DNA from: Verrucomicrobiota bacterium
GTDB taxonomy: Bacteria; Verrucomicrobiota; Verrucomicrobiia; Limisphaerales; UBA11358
Direction: 5' to 3'
Assembly (NCBI GenBank): GCA_049516255.1
Contig: JBEKTH010000008.1
Location: 16,449 to 80,448, forward strand
DNA length: 64,000 nucleotides
Positions 53,956-64,000 of this stretch are shown one piece after another; the first letter of the stretch is position 1; every line of letters begins with the position of its first letter. The notes beneath the pieces are model-generated. The model did not search any database. It was not told where the DNA came from and saw nothing but the letters and a program-made list of their open reading frames with translations. Both the position numbers and the translations under genes were made by a program.

Positions 53956-56196
53956 CTACTGATTTGGATGGGGCGTCGCGTTGGTTTGCGGATAGCCTTC
54001 CGGTGTGACCGGCTGGAATAAATTATTCCGGGACGGCGGCGGGGGCGACGCCGGCGGGCTTGGCTGCGGTTCTGCGGGGGGTGGCTCCGACACGACTGCC
54101 GGGGCCGGGCCCGAGTCAGGAACCACCACCGCAGCCGGGGCCGGGGCAACGTAGGGAGGCGCGAACTCCTGCGATGCATTCCGCGATTGCAAGCGTTCTC
54201 GCCTTTGCTCCGCCTGTTCGGCATTGTGCTGTTCCAGTTCTTCTCCCGCCGCGGCTCCGGAAATACCGGGCAAACGCTGTTCTTCCGTCACGGTCTGCGC
54301 CGCGGCCAGTTCCGGTGTTTTCAAAACAGTAGGACGCATTAATACGAGTAACTCCTCACGGGTATGGTTGCTGTTGCGGCTGCTGAACAAACTCCCCAGG
54401 ATCGGGATGTCCTGCAAAACAGGAACCCCGTTCTTGCTCTTGTCCTTTTCGGTGCGGATGAAACCGCCGAGAATGATGGTGTCGCGATCCTTGACGGCGA
54501 CCTCGGAGGAAAGCTGGCGTTTGTCGGTGTTGGGGACGTTGCCCACGCCCTGAATGAACGTGCTGCCATTGAGGTCGTCAATTTCCTGGCTGATGTCCAT
54601 TACCACCAGGCCGTTCGGGTTGATGAACGGGGTGACGTCCAGCGAGATGCCCACCTGCAATTGCGAATACGAGGAGCTGGGGCCGCCGCCAATGCCGCTG
54701 TTATAATAAACGCTGGTGACGTAAGGCACCGTCTCGCCGACGAAAAATTGCGCTTCCTTGGCCTGCGATGTCTGAATGCGCGGGCGCTGGATGATGGAAA
54801 CCGTACTGTCTGACGCCGCCGCCGCCATGGCCACGTCCCACGTCGGGCCGATGTTTCCGAAATAGCTGAGGCCGCTGCCCAGGCTGTTGCCAAGAGCCGA
54901 GCTGGCAACCGCAGTTCCGTTGGTGCCGAGAGTGCCTTGCACAAAATCAAAGAAAGACTGGCCGTTGTTGTAACCGCCGGCACCCGAGTACGAATTTGGC
55001 GGCGTGCCACCGCTGAAATTTTTAGGATTTTGCGCCACCGACACGCCGAAATTCCAGCCATTGTTCAAATTCACGTCCATGATGACCGACTCAATCAGCA
55101 CCTGCGGCAGCAACACGTCCAGTTTGGCCACGATGTCCTTGATCGTTTTCATGTCCTCCTTGGTGGCATAGACCAGCAAGGCATTGGCCCGCTCGTCGGC
55201 GATGATTTTTGTCGGCCCGAGCAGTTGGATTTGATCCTCACCCCCACTCGCCGACGCGCGTTGAATGATGGACTGCAATCGCTGGCTGAACGTGTTGCCC
55301 GAGCCGGCGGCTCCGCCCGCGGCCGACCCAAACGGCCGCGTTACACCTGACTGGTTTAAACCACCGCCACCGGGTTGATACTGGTTTCCGGCGCCGCCAC
55401 CGCCACCGCCAAGACGTCCCCCGCCATTGGGAGTGGTGGCATTGCCGATGGACGAACTGGAGCCGCCCAGGCTGTTCAACGCATTGGCAATGTCGTCCAC
55501 CATCGCGTATTTGATCGGAATCACCTCCGAGATGAATTCCTCCGGAACGACCACATCCACCTTGGTGATGAATTCCAGCATCCGTTTGACGTTTTCGGCA
55601 TAGTCGCGAATGATCAAAATTCCATTGCTGTCGATCGGAAAAACCCCGTTGGGAATATTGGCAAACTGCTGCAAGACGGGGGCCATTTCGCTCGGCTTGA
55701 TGTATTTCAACTGAACGATGTGGGTGACATATTGGCCAACGTCCGGCAGTTGGTTGGCGGATTGGTCACTAAACGCCGCGCCTTCCGTGGCGGCTTGTGT
55801 CACCGGCACGGCCTTCACAAATTTGTCACCCACGTTGATGAGCGCAATGCCATTGAGGGCCAGCACCCCCTGCAAAGCCTGAATCACTTCACTTTGAGTC
55901 AGGGGGGTTTCCGTGGTAAGAACGATTTTTACCTGGGGCAAACCCGCCCGCAACAGGGTGCGCCCCACGTATCGCGCATAAACGTCCAGCACCTGATCCA
56001 CATCCACCCCTTGAAAATTGATGTCGCCGGCCGGAACCATGGGTTCCGCCGCGGCCGCGGGAGGCCGGGGGGCGGCAGTGCCGCCAGCGGGGTTGACCGC
56101 CGTGGGAGCGGGAGACAAGGTGGGCGGCATTTGCGCCGGGAGGCCCAGGCCGGTTAAAAGGATGAGCAGGATGAGCGTGGTCGTTTTCACAATCAT
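53956..56196 (-). CDS. Secretin (GspD/PilQ family) with a Pro-rich C-terminal extension
   Basis: Signal peptide, N-domains (IIADERANALLVYATKEDMKTIKDIV), secretin core ending in GVPVLQDIPILGSLF...ELLVLMRPTVL, then ~110 aa of P/A/E-rich tail. Confidence 0.88.
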   Translation of the reverse strand: MIVKTTTLILLILLTGLGLPAQMPPTLSPAPTAVNPAGGTAAPRPPAAAAEPMVPAGDINFQGVDVDQVLDVYARYVGRTLLRAGLPQVKIVLTTETPLTQSEVIQALQGVLALNGIALINVGDKFVKAVPVTQAATEGAAFSDQSANQLPDVGQYVTHIVQLKYIKPSEMAPVLQQFANIPNGVFPIDSNGILIIRDYAENVKRMLEFITKVDVVVPEEFISEVIPIKYAMVDDIANALNSLGGSSSSIGNATTPNGGGRLGGGGGGAGNQYQPGGGGLNQSGVTRPFGSAAGGAAGSGNTFSQRLQSIIQRASASGGEDQIQLLGPTKIIADERANALLVYATKEDMKTIKDIVAKLDVLLPQVLIESVIMDVNLNNGWNFGVSVAQNPKNFSGGTPPNSYSGAGGYNNGQSFFDFVQGTLGTNGTAVASSALGNSLGSGLSYFGNIGPTWDVAMAAAASDSTVSIIQRPRIQTSQAKEAQFFVGETVPYVTSVYYNSGIGGGPSSSYSQLQVGISLDVTPFINPNGLVVMDISQEIDDLNGSTFIQGVGNVPNTDKRQLSSEVAVKDRDTIILGGFIRTEKDKSKNGVPVLQDIPILGSLFSSRNSNHTREELLVLMRPTVLKTPELAAAQTVTEEQRLPGISGAAAGEELEQHNAEQAEQRRERLQSRNASQEFAPPYVAPAPAAVVVPDSGPAPAVVSEPPPAEPQPSPPASPPPPSRNNLFQPVTPEGYPQTNATPHPNQ

Positions 56197-56768
56197 TTCG
56201 GTTTTGCGGTTGGGTTCGTCAAATTGTCGCCGGGTGCGGCTTTTTGATAGCTGGCAATCAACTGGATGTTGGCATTGAGATGCTGGTGTATGGGATCCGG
56301 TTGCAGTTCCAGATCGTGCACGCGAATCATGGAAGCATCGGAACCAAGCTTGTAAAGAAAATCCACCAACTGCTGGTCGTCAGCGACGACATTGATGTTT
56401 TGCGCCAGCTCGACAAAGAATTCATTTGTGCGGGTGATCTGCCGGGACATACTGACAATGCCAACGCCGCTCCGCGTGGATTGCGAATCAATCGTGCGGA
56501 GAAAATTGATGGCCTGGTCCTCCGGCGCCACTGTCCCGCCTTCGCCTTCCATTTTGGCCACCAGGGCCCGGTAATTCGCCGCCTGCGTGATGGTGGTCTG
56601 GTACAATGCCTGTTTGCGCCGGGCTTCCGCCAGGCGGTACTTCAAGTCGCTCCAATCGGAAAAGTGCGGCCAGACGAAAATGTAATTCAACACCAGAAAC
56701 AAGGCGACCAGGACGGCGACCGCCAGCCGGCGCTCGAGCGGGCGTAATTGCGCGAAGAATTTTTTCAT
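56193..56768 (-). CDS. PilO-like pilus assembly protein
   Basis: Short cytoplasmic N-terminus, one TM helix (LAVAVLVALFLVLNYIFVW), a coiled coil, and a ferredoxin-like periplasmic domain. 4-nt overlaps with both neighbours. Confidence 0.6.
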   Translation of the reverse strand: MKKFFAQLRPLERRLAVAVLVALFLVLNYIFVWPHFSDWSDLKYRLAEARRKQALYQTTITQAANYRALVAKMEGEGGTVAPEDQAINFLRTIDSQSTRSGVGIVSMSRQITRTNEFFVELAQNINVVADDQQLVDFLYKLGSDASMIRVHDLELQPDPIHQHLNANIQLIASYQKAAPGDNLTNPTAKPK

Positions 56769-58183
56769 GGCGCGTCCTCCTGCTCCTGCTTGTGCCGGAG
56801 CATGAGCGAGAATTGCCAGCTTACCGTATTGGCCAGCTGGCGATAAGTCGGAATCTCGCTGCCCGAAGCATCAAACATGGGTTGACCATTCAGCTTCGCC
56901 TTGCGGACCGCGTCATAAAAACCATCGGTGATTTGGGCAATCTGGTCCGACGGGACGGTTCCGTTGAGGGATAACTGCCGGCCGTCGGCGAAACTCAGCC
57001 GTTGCAGCGAAATTCCCGACGGCAACTGTTCGGCGACGATTTTCCAGCAATCCAGCGCCGCGTATTTCAAATCCTGGCGCTCCCGGAGCACCTGGTAACG
57101 CGCCTGGAGTTGCAGCGCATTGGTGTAACTGCCGCTGAGTCCGGCGACCACCTGCTCGGCCTTGCCCGTCTGAAAGGAGAGAAAACCGACCGCGCAAAAA
57201 TAAACCATCACGCCGATCACGTACAAAATTCCGGCCGTCGCCAGGCCGCGCAGCCATAATCGATCTACAAACTGCTGGTGATAGCGGGCGGAAAACTCCG
57301 GGGGCAGCAGGGTGACCCGTGCATCGCTCTGGGCGGAACGCCGTGCCGTGCGCGCGGCCAGTTCCACAAAGGGCAGCGGCCGGGTGACGGCCACCGGCTC
57401 ACCCAGGCTCGCCAGCAGCATGCCTTCCCATTCGGCGGCCGCCTCGCCGTCGGCCACCAGGTGCCAGTCCGGCTTCGCGGTCAGCCAGCCTTCCAATTCG
57501 CCGGCCCAGGTCAGTTGTGCCAGTTGGTCCTGCAGGCTTTTCGCCCGGTCTCCGGTCTGCGACAAAACCACAAAACTTAAATTCCGCAAGGTGCCACCGG
57601 ACCACCAGGCCACCAGCGCGACATTCTGCCCGGCATAGGCGGCGGGGTAAATCCAGGCGCCATCTTCCGTCGCGGCGGTGACCTCCAATTCATCCAACAT
57701 GGGCGCCTCGAGCCGGTCGGCCAGGTACTCCTGACCTTCCAGTTTGCCGAGAAATTCCCCGACCGCATGGCGGGCCGCAATCACGACAATGACCGTTTGT
57801 AAATCGCCCGCCGTCGCTTCGCTTTGGCGCGGCAAGCCCGTCGTTTGCGACAGCACGTGGATCATCCACACGATTTGCGCCACGGGCAGCGGTGACAGCT
57901 TTTCCATCTGCAACTCCACCATGGCCAGCGTCTCCTCAAAGTTGCTCCGGGGCAGTTCGATCACGCGCAGAAAAACATTTTCCGGCGGCAGCCACGCGAT
58001 GTTCAACCGGGGTTGCCACAAGGAACGCCACGACTTGGCCGCCAGGTGGAACGGCACGGGTGTTCCGGCGGCGCCCGAGTGCTCGCGGTCGAGCGCAAAG
58101 CCGTCGCCTTTGGCATCAAACTGCCAGAGGCGATACGCGTCGGTGCCGACGTGGAGGATGTTGCAGTATTGCCAGCGGGCCAT
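56765..58183 (-). CDS. PilM-like / PilN-like fusion protein
   Basis: The N-terminal segment FLRVIELPRSNFEETLAMVELQMEKLSPLPVAQIVW resembles PilM. The central LLPPEFSARY, TM helix and periplasmic domain resemble PilN. Confidence 0.55.
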   Translation of the reverse strand: MARWQYCNILHVGTDAYRLWQFDAKGDGFALDREHSGAAGTPVPFHLAAKSWRSLWQPRLNIAWLPPENVFLRVIELPRSNFEETLAMVELQMEKLSPLPVAQIVWMIHVLSQTTGLPRQSEATAGDLQTVIVVIAARHAVGEFLGKLEGQEYLADRLEAPMLDELEVTAATEDGAWIYPAAYAGQNVALVAWWSGGTLRNLSFVVLSQTGDRAKSLQDQLAQLTWAGELEGWLTAKPDWHLVADGEAAAEWEGMLLASLGEPVAVTRPLPFVELAARTARRSAQSDARVTLLPPEFSARYHQQFVDRLWLRGLATAGILYVIGVMVYFCAVGFLSFQTGKAEQVVAGLSGSYTNALQLQARYQVLRERQDLKYAALDCWKIVAEQLPSGISLQRLSFADGRQLSLNGTVPSDQIAQITDGFYDAVRKAKLNGQPMFDASGSEIPTYRQLANTVSWQFSLMLRHKQEQEDAP

Positions 58184-58216
58184 ATCAGGAAAAGATTTGA
58201 TGTGGCGGGGTCGAGC

Positions 58217-59968
58217 TCACGCCTTGACCCACATTTCGGTTTTGGTGTCGCCAACGAGGGCGTCCATGTGTTCCTCGATCTGGGTGACGCGCAGAACCTC
58301 CTCAATGGTCGTTTCCCCGCCTTTGACCTTGGTCCAGCCGTCGGTGCGCAACGTGCGCATTCCCTGTTCGATGGCCTTGGCCGCAATGGTGGAAGCCGGG
58401 GCGCGGTTTAAAATCAACGGGCGCATGTTTTCATTGAGGATGAGCAATTCGTAAATGCCCTTGCGCCCCTGATACCCGAGCTGCCGGCAGTCCTCGCATC
58501 CGGCACCTTGCCAGAATTTGGCGGTGTCGATTTCATTTTCGGGAAAGCCGATTTTTTGCAGGTAACCGCGCTCCACCTTCTGCTCCGTTTTGCACGATGG
58601 ACAAATCGTACGGACGAGGCGTTGCGCCATGACCGCCTCCACCGAGGACGCCACCAGGAACGGCTCAATGCCCATGTCAATCAACCGCGTGAACGCGCTC
58701 GGCGCATCGTTCGTGTGCAGCGTGCTGAACACCAAATGGCCGGTCAGCGACGCGCGAATGGCGATCTCCGCCGTCTCCAGATCGCGGATTTCACCGACCA
58801 TGATCACATTGGGATCCTGCCGCAGGATGTGGCGCAAACCCATGGCAAAGGTCAGGCCGATGTCCGGCCGCACCGCGATTTGATTGATGCCCTTGAGTTC
58901 GTATTCAACCGGCTCCTCAATCGTGATGATGCGCTTGTGAACGGAATTGATCGCGCTCAGAAAGGCGTAGAGCGACGTGGATTTGCCCGAACCGGTCGGG
59001 CCGGTGACCAGGAAAATTCCATGCGGCTTGACGATGATTTCACGAATGATCGCCTCGTCCTGCGGCGCGAACCCGAGTTTGTCGAGACTCAGGAAAATTT
59101 TCCCGCGCGTGAGCAGGCGGAGGGAAACGCTTTCGCCATAAACCGTCGGCACGGTCGAGACGCGAATGTCAATTTCCTCGCCTTTGATGCGGACATTGAT
59201 GCGGCCGTCCTGGGGCAGGCGCTTTTCGGAGATGTTCATGCCGCTCATGACCTTGATGCGTGAAATGAGGGCGGCCTGAAACCGCTTGAGCTGCGGCGGC
59301 ATCGGCGTCTGGTGCAAAATGCCGTCGATGCGATAACGAATCCGCAGCTCGTCCTCCGCCGGTTCAAAGTGAATGTCCGTCGCGCGGTCCTTGTGCGCTT
59401 CCCAAATAATCTGGTTGACGAACTTGATGACGCTTGCCTCCTGATCATCTTCGGTGATTTCCTTGTCGCTGGCAATTTCCAGCTCCATGGGTTCGCTCTC
59501 GCCAAGTTCGTCCAGCGTCTCGGCGCCGACACCGTAGTATTTTTTAAGCGCCTTTTCGATTTCCGTCTTCGGCGCCAGCGCGAATCGCACCGGACTGTGC
59601 GCATCAAACCGCACCGCGTTCATCATCGCCGCGTCAAACGGATCACTGACCACCACCTGCAACCCGTCGTCGCTCACGGCCGTGGGCAGGACGAAATATT
59701 GAAAGGCCACCTTCGTAGACAGTTTGTTCCGCGCCTCCGGCGGAATCGTGTGCTTGTGCAAATCCACATACGGCCAGCCAAGCGCGGTCGCCAGCCGTTG
59801 CAGAAAGACGTCCTCCGCCAGGCCCCGCTCGCGCGCCATGAACGACAGCAATGACTCCGTTGAGCCGTTGGCCACCGCCGCGCGCCAGGCCTTGCGCCAG
59901 TCGTCAAATTGGGCGGGCGTCGCTTCGGCAACGGACGCGACCAGATTTTTTATCGAGCTAAAACCCAT
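58217..59968 (-). CDS. Type II secretion / type IV pilus assembly ATPase (GspE/PilB family)
   Basis: T2SSE_N-type N-terminus, Walker A GPTGSGKST, Asp and His boxes, tetracysteine CPSC...CEDC. Confidence 0.92.
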   Translation of the reverse strand: MGFSSIKNLVASVAEATPAQFDDWRKAWRAAVANGSTESLLSFMARERGLAEDVFLQRLATALGWPYVDLHKHTIPPEARNKLSTKVAFQYFVLPTAVSDDGLQVVVSDPFDAAMMNAVRFDAHSPVRFALAPKTEIEKALKKYYGVGAETLDELGESEPMELEIASDKEITEDDQEASVIKFVNQIIWEAHKDRATDIHFEPAEDELRIRYRIDGILHQTPMPPQLKRFQAALISRIKVMSGMNISEKRLPQDGRINVRIKGEEIDIRVSTVPTVYGESVSLRLLTRGKIFLSLDKLGFAPQDEAIIREIIVKPHGIFLVTGPTGSGKSTSLYAFLSAINSVHKRIITIEEPVEYELKGINQIAVRPDIGLTFAMGLRHILRQDPNVIMVGEIRDLETAEIAIRASLTGHLVFSTLHTNDAPSAFTRLIDMGIEPFLVASSVEAVMAQRLVRTICPSCKTEQKVERGYLQKIGFPENEIDTAKFWQGAGCEDCRQLGYQGRKGIYELLILNENMRPLILNRAPASTIAAKAIEQGMRTLRTDGWTKVKGGETTIEEVLRVTQIEEHMDALVGDTKTEMWVKA

Positions 59969-60065
59969 TTAAGTTGTTCTGTTTTTACCTGGTTATACCA
60001 ACAACCATGGTGAAAAAAAGTTGCGTTCCGGCGTGAAAAACCTGCACAGTCCGACGCGACCAAAA

Positions 60066-60911
60066 ATGAGGCATTTGGCCACCATCACTGTCATCGGTCG
60101 TGACAAGACCGGCGTCATCGCGCGCGTCACCGCCTTTCTGTTCGAGCAAAGGGCCAACATTGAAGCGCTCGAGGAACAGGTCACCCGCGGCCGGTTCAGC
60201 ATGACGCTTCAAGCCTCATGGCTTGCAAGCGATTGCCATGCCGCCGGGGTGCGTGCGGGGTTGGACCAGCTGGCGCGGCAACTCCGCATGGAAATCAAAA
60301 TCCGGTTCACCCGGCCGGGTCGCCGCCAGCGTTTCGCCATCATGGCCACCCGGGAACCGCACGGCCTCGAAGCGCTGATGGCCGCGTACCGCCGACGGGA
60401 AATCAAGGCCGACCCGGTGCTCGTATTGGGCAATCGCCCCGACCTCGCACCGCTCGCCCAAAAATTCAAACTGCGGTTCGTCCGCATCCCGTGGAACGAC
60501 CGGGCGCGGGCCGAAGCCCGCGCGTTGCGCCTCCTCGAAGCGCACGAGATTGATTTCGTGGTGCTCGCCCGGTTCATGAAAATCCTGTCGCCCAATGTCG
60601 TTTGGCGGTTCAAAAACAAGATCATCAACATTCACCCCTCGTTGTTGCCGAGTTTTCCCGGCCCGCAGGCCTACCGGCAGGCGTACGAAAGTGGGGTGAA
60701 GATCGCGGGCGTCACCGCACACTTCGTCTCGATGCGGCTGGACGAAGGACCGATCATCGCCCAGGGCTCGTTTAAAATCCGCCCCGGCATGACACTCAAG
60801 GACATCATCGCCCGCGGCCGGCACCTCGAGGCCGACGTGCTCGTCAAGGCCGTGAAACTTTACCTCGGCAAACGTCTCGACGTTCATTGGGGCGTGGTCA
60901 GTGAGGTTTGA
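60066..60911 (+). CDS. purU: Formyltetrahydrofolate deformylase
   Basis: N-terminal ACT domain (ITVIGRDKTGVIARVTAFLFE) plus the formyltransferase motif INIHPSLLPSFPG. Confidence 0.88.
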   Translation: MRHLATITVIGRDKTGVIARVTAFLFEQRANIEALEEQVTRGRFSMTLQASWLASDCHAAGVRAGLDQLARQLRMEIKIRFTRPGRRQRFAIMATREPHGLEALMAAYRRREIKADPVLVLGNRPDLAPLAQKFKLRFVRIPWNDRARAEARALRLLEAHEIDFVVLARFMKILSPNVVWRFKNKIINIHPSLLPSFPGPQAYRQAYESGVKIAGVTAHFVSMRLDEGPIIAQGSFKIRPGMTLKDIIARGRHLEADVLVKAVKLYLGKRLDVHWGVVSEV

Positions 60912-61097
60912 AACGTACGGCCCGCGAAGGTCGGGCCGGCAACGGAAGGAGGTCGTTCATCCTTGTTTTCTCCGCCGGCGCCCAAAACCAACCCGCTCCG
61001 GTTCGGTGCCCAAAACTTCCCCGAAAAATTATTCACATGTTTGAACCGATTTCATCCCCGCGGTGTCGTACATACAAATACAAGAGGTGGGTTTATC

Positions 61098-61658
61098 ATG
61101 AGCGCCATGGCAACAACCAAAAAAGGGCCTTTCAGCATGATTTTGAAGGCCGTGATCATTTACGATGACTTCGATTCCGCTGCGCATGCCACTGCGTTGC
61201 TGGAACGTGTCGCTCACCGCGCCGACGCAGGTGTGAAGCTGGACATCAAACCGTGGCGCTGCGATGTCCTGAAGCAACCGGCGCTGGTCGCTCTCACCGT
61301 GGCCGTGGCGGCAAACGCGGATTTAATCGTGCTCGCCCTGGATCGTATTCCTTCGCCGACCACGGAACTGCTGGACTGGCTGAAAAACTGGGCGGAGCAC
61401 CGGCGGGTCCAGGATGCTGCCGTGCTGGCGCTTGGCACCGGCAAAAACCGTTCACAGTCAACGTTTTGGGATGAAATCAAAACGTTCACTGCCGGGCATG
61501 ACCTGACTCTCCTGGGAAATCACAGCGTTCGGAATACCCGGCATTCGACGTCCTTTGTTCACCGTTGGCAACAACGGAAACAAGTGGACGCAACGGCAGC
61601 ACGACCGGCTTTCACCGAACGGCTGCCCGTTCCACACCATTGGGGCATGAACGAATAA
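61098..61658 (+). CDS. Hypothetical protein (186 aa)
   Basis: ATG preceded by gaggtgg. An alternating beta-alpha pattern (KAVIIYDD...ADLIVLAL...AAVLAL) suggests a flavodoxin-like fold. No family recognised. Confidence 0.5.
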   Translation: MSAMATTKKGPFSMILKAVIIYDDFDSAAHATALLERVAHRADAGVKLDIKPWRCDVLKQPALVALTVAVAANADLIVLALDRIPSPTTELLDWLKNWAEHRRVQDAAVLALGTGKNRSQSTFWDEIKTFTAGHDLTLLGNHSVRNTRHSTSFVHRWQQRKQVDATAARPAFTERLPVPHHWGMNE

Positions 61659-61916
61659 GTTCGTCTTGAGATTTGCTTTGCCAGGGCTGGAGGATTAGGG
61701 TCGGGGTGGCGTAAGCTGATTTTGCGAGGGACAGGATTTGCCGCGGCGGGTTTCCGCCGCAGCGGCACGGGGTGGGCGAAATACCCGCAAAACGGTTGAG
61801 TTCACTCCGTGTCATTGCCTGAAAAGGGAGTTGTTGGTTGGACCAGGGAAATTGTGAATCGCAAAACCGGCGGAACATCAAAGTACTGTGACCCTGACGC
61901 ACGGAAAGGAAAAAAT

Positions 61917-62213
61917 ATGTCAAAAAAATCATACCCAAGGAACAATCAGCATAATGGCCGGCACCAAACCTTCGCGTTCTCCGCACCGGCCGCAACCAGC
62001 GTGCAGTTGGTGGGCGATTTTACGCAATGGCAGGAGCGTCCCATCAACCTGCAGAAAGGCCTGGACGGTGTCTGGCGGACAACGGTGGAATTGTCCCCGG
62101 GCGCGCATCACTACCGTTTCCTCGTGGACGGCCAGTGGCGGGATGATCCCGAATGCATTCTCCGCGCGCCCAATCCTTTTGGCAGCGAGGACATGATGCG
62201 GCAGGTGGCCTGA
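61917..62213 (+). CDS. Small glycogen-binding-domain (CBM48 / AMPK beta-like) protein
   Basis: [21 protein letters not shown]...[28 protein letters not shown] is the classic pattern. Confidence 0.75.
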   Translation: MSKKSYPRNNQHNGRHQTFAFSAPAATSVQLVGDFTQWQERPINLQKGLDGVWRTTVELSPGAHHYRFLVDGQWRDDPECILRAPNPFGSEDMMRQVA

Positions 62214-62305
62214 GACTGGCTGCCAGCGCGAAAGGGAATCATCAACGCGGTGTTGAACCGGCACCGGCAGGTGGGGTATTGTTTTTCAAAGCCGGTCATC
62301 AACCC

Positions 62306-63175
62306 ATGAAAATCAAGCCGCAAAGATTCCGCGTTCGCGAAGGCGAGAAAGTCAAACTCAGGAAATGGCCGACCCGGGCAAAACCCTTCTACCAATCGAA
62401 GGAACACTACCAGAAAATCCTCGCCGAACACACCCGGGCATTGAGCCGGCAACAGAATCTGCTCTATGCCCAGAACCAGTACGCGGTGCTGTTGATTTTT
62501 CAAGCGATGGACGCCGCCGGCAAAGACGGCGCCATCAAGCACGTCATGTCCGGCGTCAACCCGCAGGGTTGCGCAGTTTTCAGTTTCAAACACCCGGGGG
62601 CCGAGGACCTGGAACACGACTTTCTTTGGCGCACGACCTGCCGTCTGCCGGAACGTGGACGTATTGGCATTTTCAATCGCTCCTATTATGAGGAGGTGCT
62701 CATCGTACGCGTGCATCCGGAACTGCTTAATGCCCAACAGCTTCCGCCGGAACTGCTGGACAAAGAAACGATCTGGGAAAAACGGTATCGCTCCATTCTC
62801 GACCTGGAAAAACATCTGTACCGCAACGGCACCCGCATCATCAAAATTTTCCTGCACCTGTCCAGGGACGAACAGCGCCGGCGGTTTCTCGAACGCATTG
62901 ACAACCCGGAAAAAAACTGGAAATTCAGCCAGGCTGACATCGTGGAACGGAAATTCTGGAAAGATTACATGAAGGCCTATGAAGGCTGCCTCAGCGCGAC
63001 GAGCACCGCCCACGCGCCGTGGTTTGTCGTTCCCGCCGACGACAAGGCAAACGCGTGGCTCATCATTTCGCAGATCATTCTCGACACGCTAAACTCGTTG
63101 AAGATGAGTTATCCCAAAATCAGCAAGCCACACCGCCGGGAATTGCAATCCATCCGCAAACGGCTCGCCAAATAA
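62306..63175 (+). CDS. ppk2: Polyphosphate kinase 2 family protein
   Basis: [15 protein letters not shown]-loop, [16 protein letters not shown]. Single PPK2 domain, ~289 aa. Confidence 0.88.
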   Translation: MKIKPQRFRVREGEKVKLRKWPTRAKPFYQSKEHYQKILAEHTRALSRQQNLLYAQNQYAVLLIFQAMDAAGKDGAIKHVMSGVNPQGCAVFSFKHPGAEDLEHDFLWRTTCRLPERGRIGIFNRSYYEEVLIVRVHPELLNAQQLPPELLDKETIWEKRYRSILDLEKHLYRNGTRIIKIFLHLSRDEQRRRFLERIDNPEKNWKFSQADIVERKFWKDYMKAYEGCLSATSTAHAPWFVVPADDKANAWLIISQIILDTLNSLKMSYPKISKPHRRELQSIRKRLAK

Positions 63176-63190
63176 AATGGATTTCCCGCC

Positions 63191-64000
63191 ATGACCGGCC
63201 TGCTTGCCACCGCAACCGCGGGTTTTTCCCAACGGCCCGTTATTCTGGCGATTTTTGCCGTTACTTACATCGGGATGGCCGTGGGGCGCGTGCCCGGCTT
63301 GAAAGTCAATCGCGTGGGTATTGCCCTGCTCGGCGCCATCGCGATGATCATATTCGGTGACATTTCCACCAACGATGTGGTTGCCTGGATCAATTGGCCC
63401 ACCATTTTTTTGCTGTTCGGATTTTTTGTCATTTCGGCGCAACTCCGTCTATCAGGCTTCTACGATCTGGTGGCCGGCGGCATCTCGGCGCGGCTGGGAC
63501 ATCCCGCGCGGTTTCTGCTCGTGTTGATGCTGGTCACCGGCGGCCTGTCCGCATTTCTGAACCACGACATCGTTTGCTACGTGTTTGCGCCCATCGTCGG
63601 CACCGCGCTGTTGCACCAGCGGCTCAACCCCATCCCGTATCTGATTGCCCTGGCCATCGCCAGCAACCTCGGCGCGGCGGCTACGCTCATCGGCAATCCG
63701 CAGGACATGATGATTGGGCAGGTCGCACATCTTAGTTTTGGCCACTATCTGCTCTGGAGCGCGGTGCCGGTCATTCTGGCGCTGGCCGCCGCCTATGGAA
63801 TCATCTGGCTCCTTTCACGGAAAAAACTCATGTCCACCCCGACTGTTGCCCCGGAATCAACCCTGCCGCCCCGCCCGTTCAACCGGACGCACACGATCAA
63901 GGGATTGATCATTCTCGCCGTGGTCATCGGCCTGTTTTTCTCGTCGTTGCCCAAGGAAGTCATTGCCCTGGCCGCCGCCGGAATCCATCTGGCCAGCACC
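63191..64000 (+). CDS. ArsB/NhaD-superfamily anion permease (YbiR-like), N-terminal 270 codons; continues beyond the window
   Basis: My own translation from the ATG at 63191: MTGLLATATAGFSQRPVILAIFAVTYIGMAVGRVPGLKVNRVGIALLGAIAMIIFG... The frame stays open to the window end, and the ORF track lists no terminated ORF in this frame. Confidence 0.7.
   Translation, partial: MTGLLATATAGFSQRPVILAIFAVTYIGMAVGRVPGLKVNRVGIALLGAIAMIIFGDISTNDVVAWINWPTIFLLFGFFVISAQLRLSGFYDLVAGGISARLGHPARFLLVLMLVTGGLSAFLNHDIVCYVFAPIVGTALLHQRLNPIPYLIALAIASNLGAAATLIGNPQDMMIGQVAHLSFGHYLLWSAVPVILALAAAYGIIWLLSRKKLMSTPTVAPESTLPPRPFNRTHTIKGLIILAVVIGLFFSSLPKEVIALAAAGIHLAST

Overview
High-GC bacterial chromosomal window; hand counts of 60-nt samples in core genes give about 62-65% GC. 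The gene content fits a PVC-group, Verrucomicrobiota-like genome (inference): an H-X9-DG prepilin-like protein, a PEP-CTERM protein, a GldA/F/G-like ABC module with DUF4340 and AsmA-like genes, and many pseudopilins. Most of the window is tightly packed housekeeping genes: leuC (partial), argH, lysA, thiL, tsaE, tsaB, leuB, tadA, glyQS, larB, larC, infC and purU. Six things stand out. (1) A minus-strand operon encodes a monoheme cytochrome c and two tandem fusion proteins, each a multiheme cytochrome c (11 and 9 CXXCH) joined to a 4-TM b-type cytochrome domain. This is the CbcL-like architecture, and a hybrid histidine kinase sits just upstream. (2) An ~8 kb lower-GC island (about 27.0-35.0 kb) holds an orphan cassette of small genes, an IS1-family transposase, 1.2 kb of AT-rich non-coding DNA and three secreted or membrane proteins. 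A truncated yjbQ-like remnant lies at its right edge. (3) A RAYT-like Y1 transposase gene is bracketed by perfect 28-nt inverted hairpin repeats and is inserted exactly between larB and larC. (4) Short DNA-level tandem arrays of four 7-nt units recur inside or at the ends of coding regions (NUDIX 3' end, glyQS, larC twice). (5) An in-frame ~480-bp low-GC module sits inside glyQS. (6) A type IV pilus/T2SS-like operon (ATPase, PilM/N-like fusion, PilO-like, secretin) has no platform protein gene and converges on a five-gene ABC/GldG/DUF4340/AsmA-like operon. I found no rRNA, tRNA or CRISPR array. All functional calls come from reading motifs in the supplied translations; no database search was possible.
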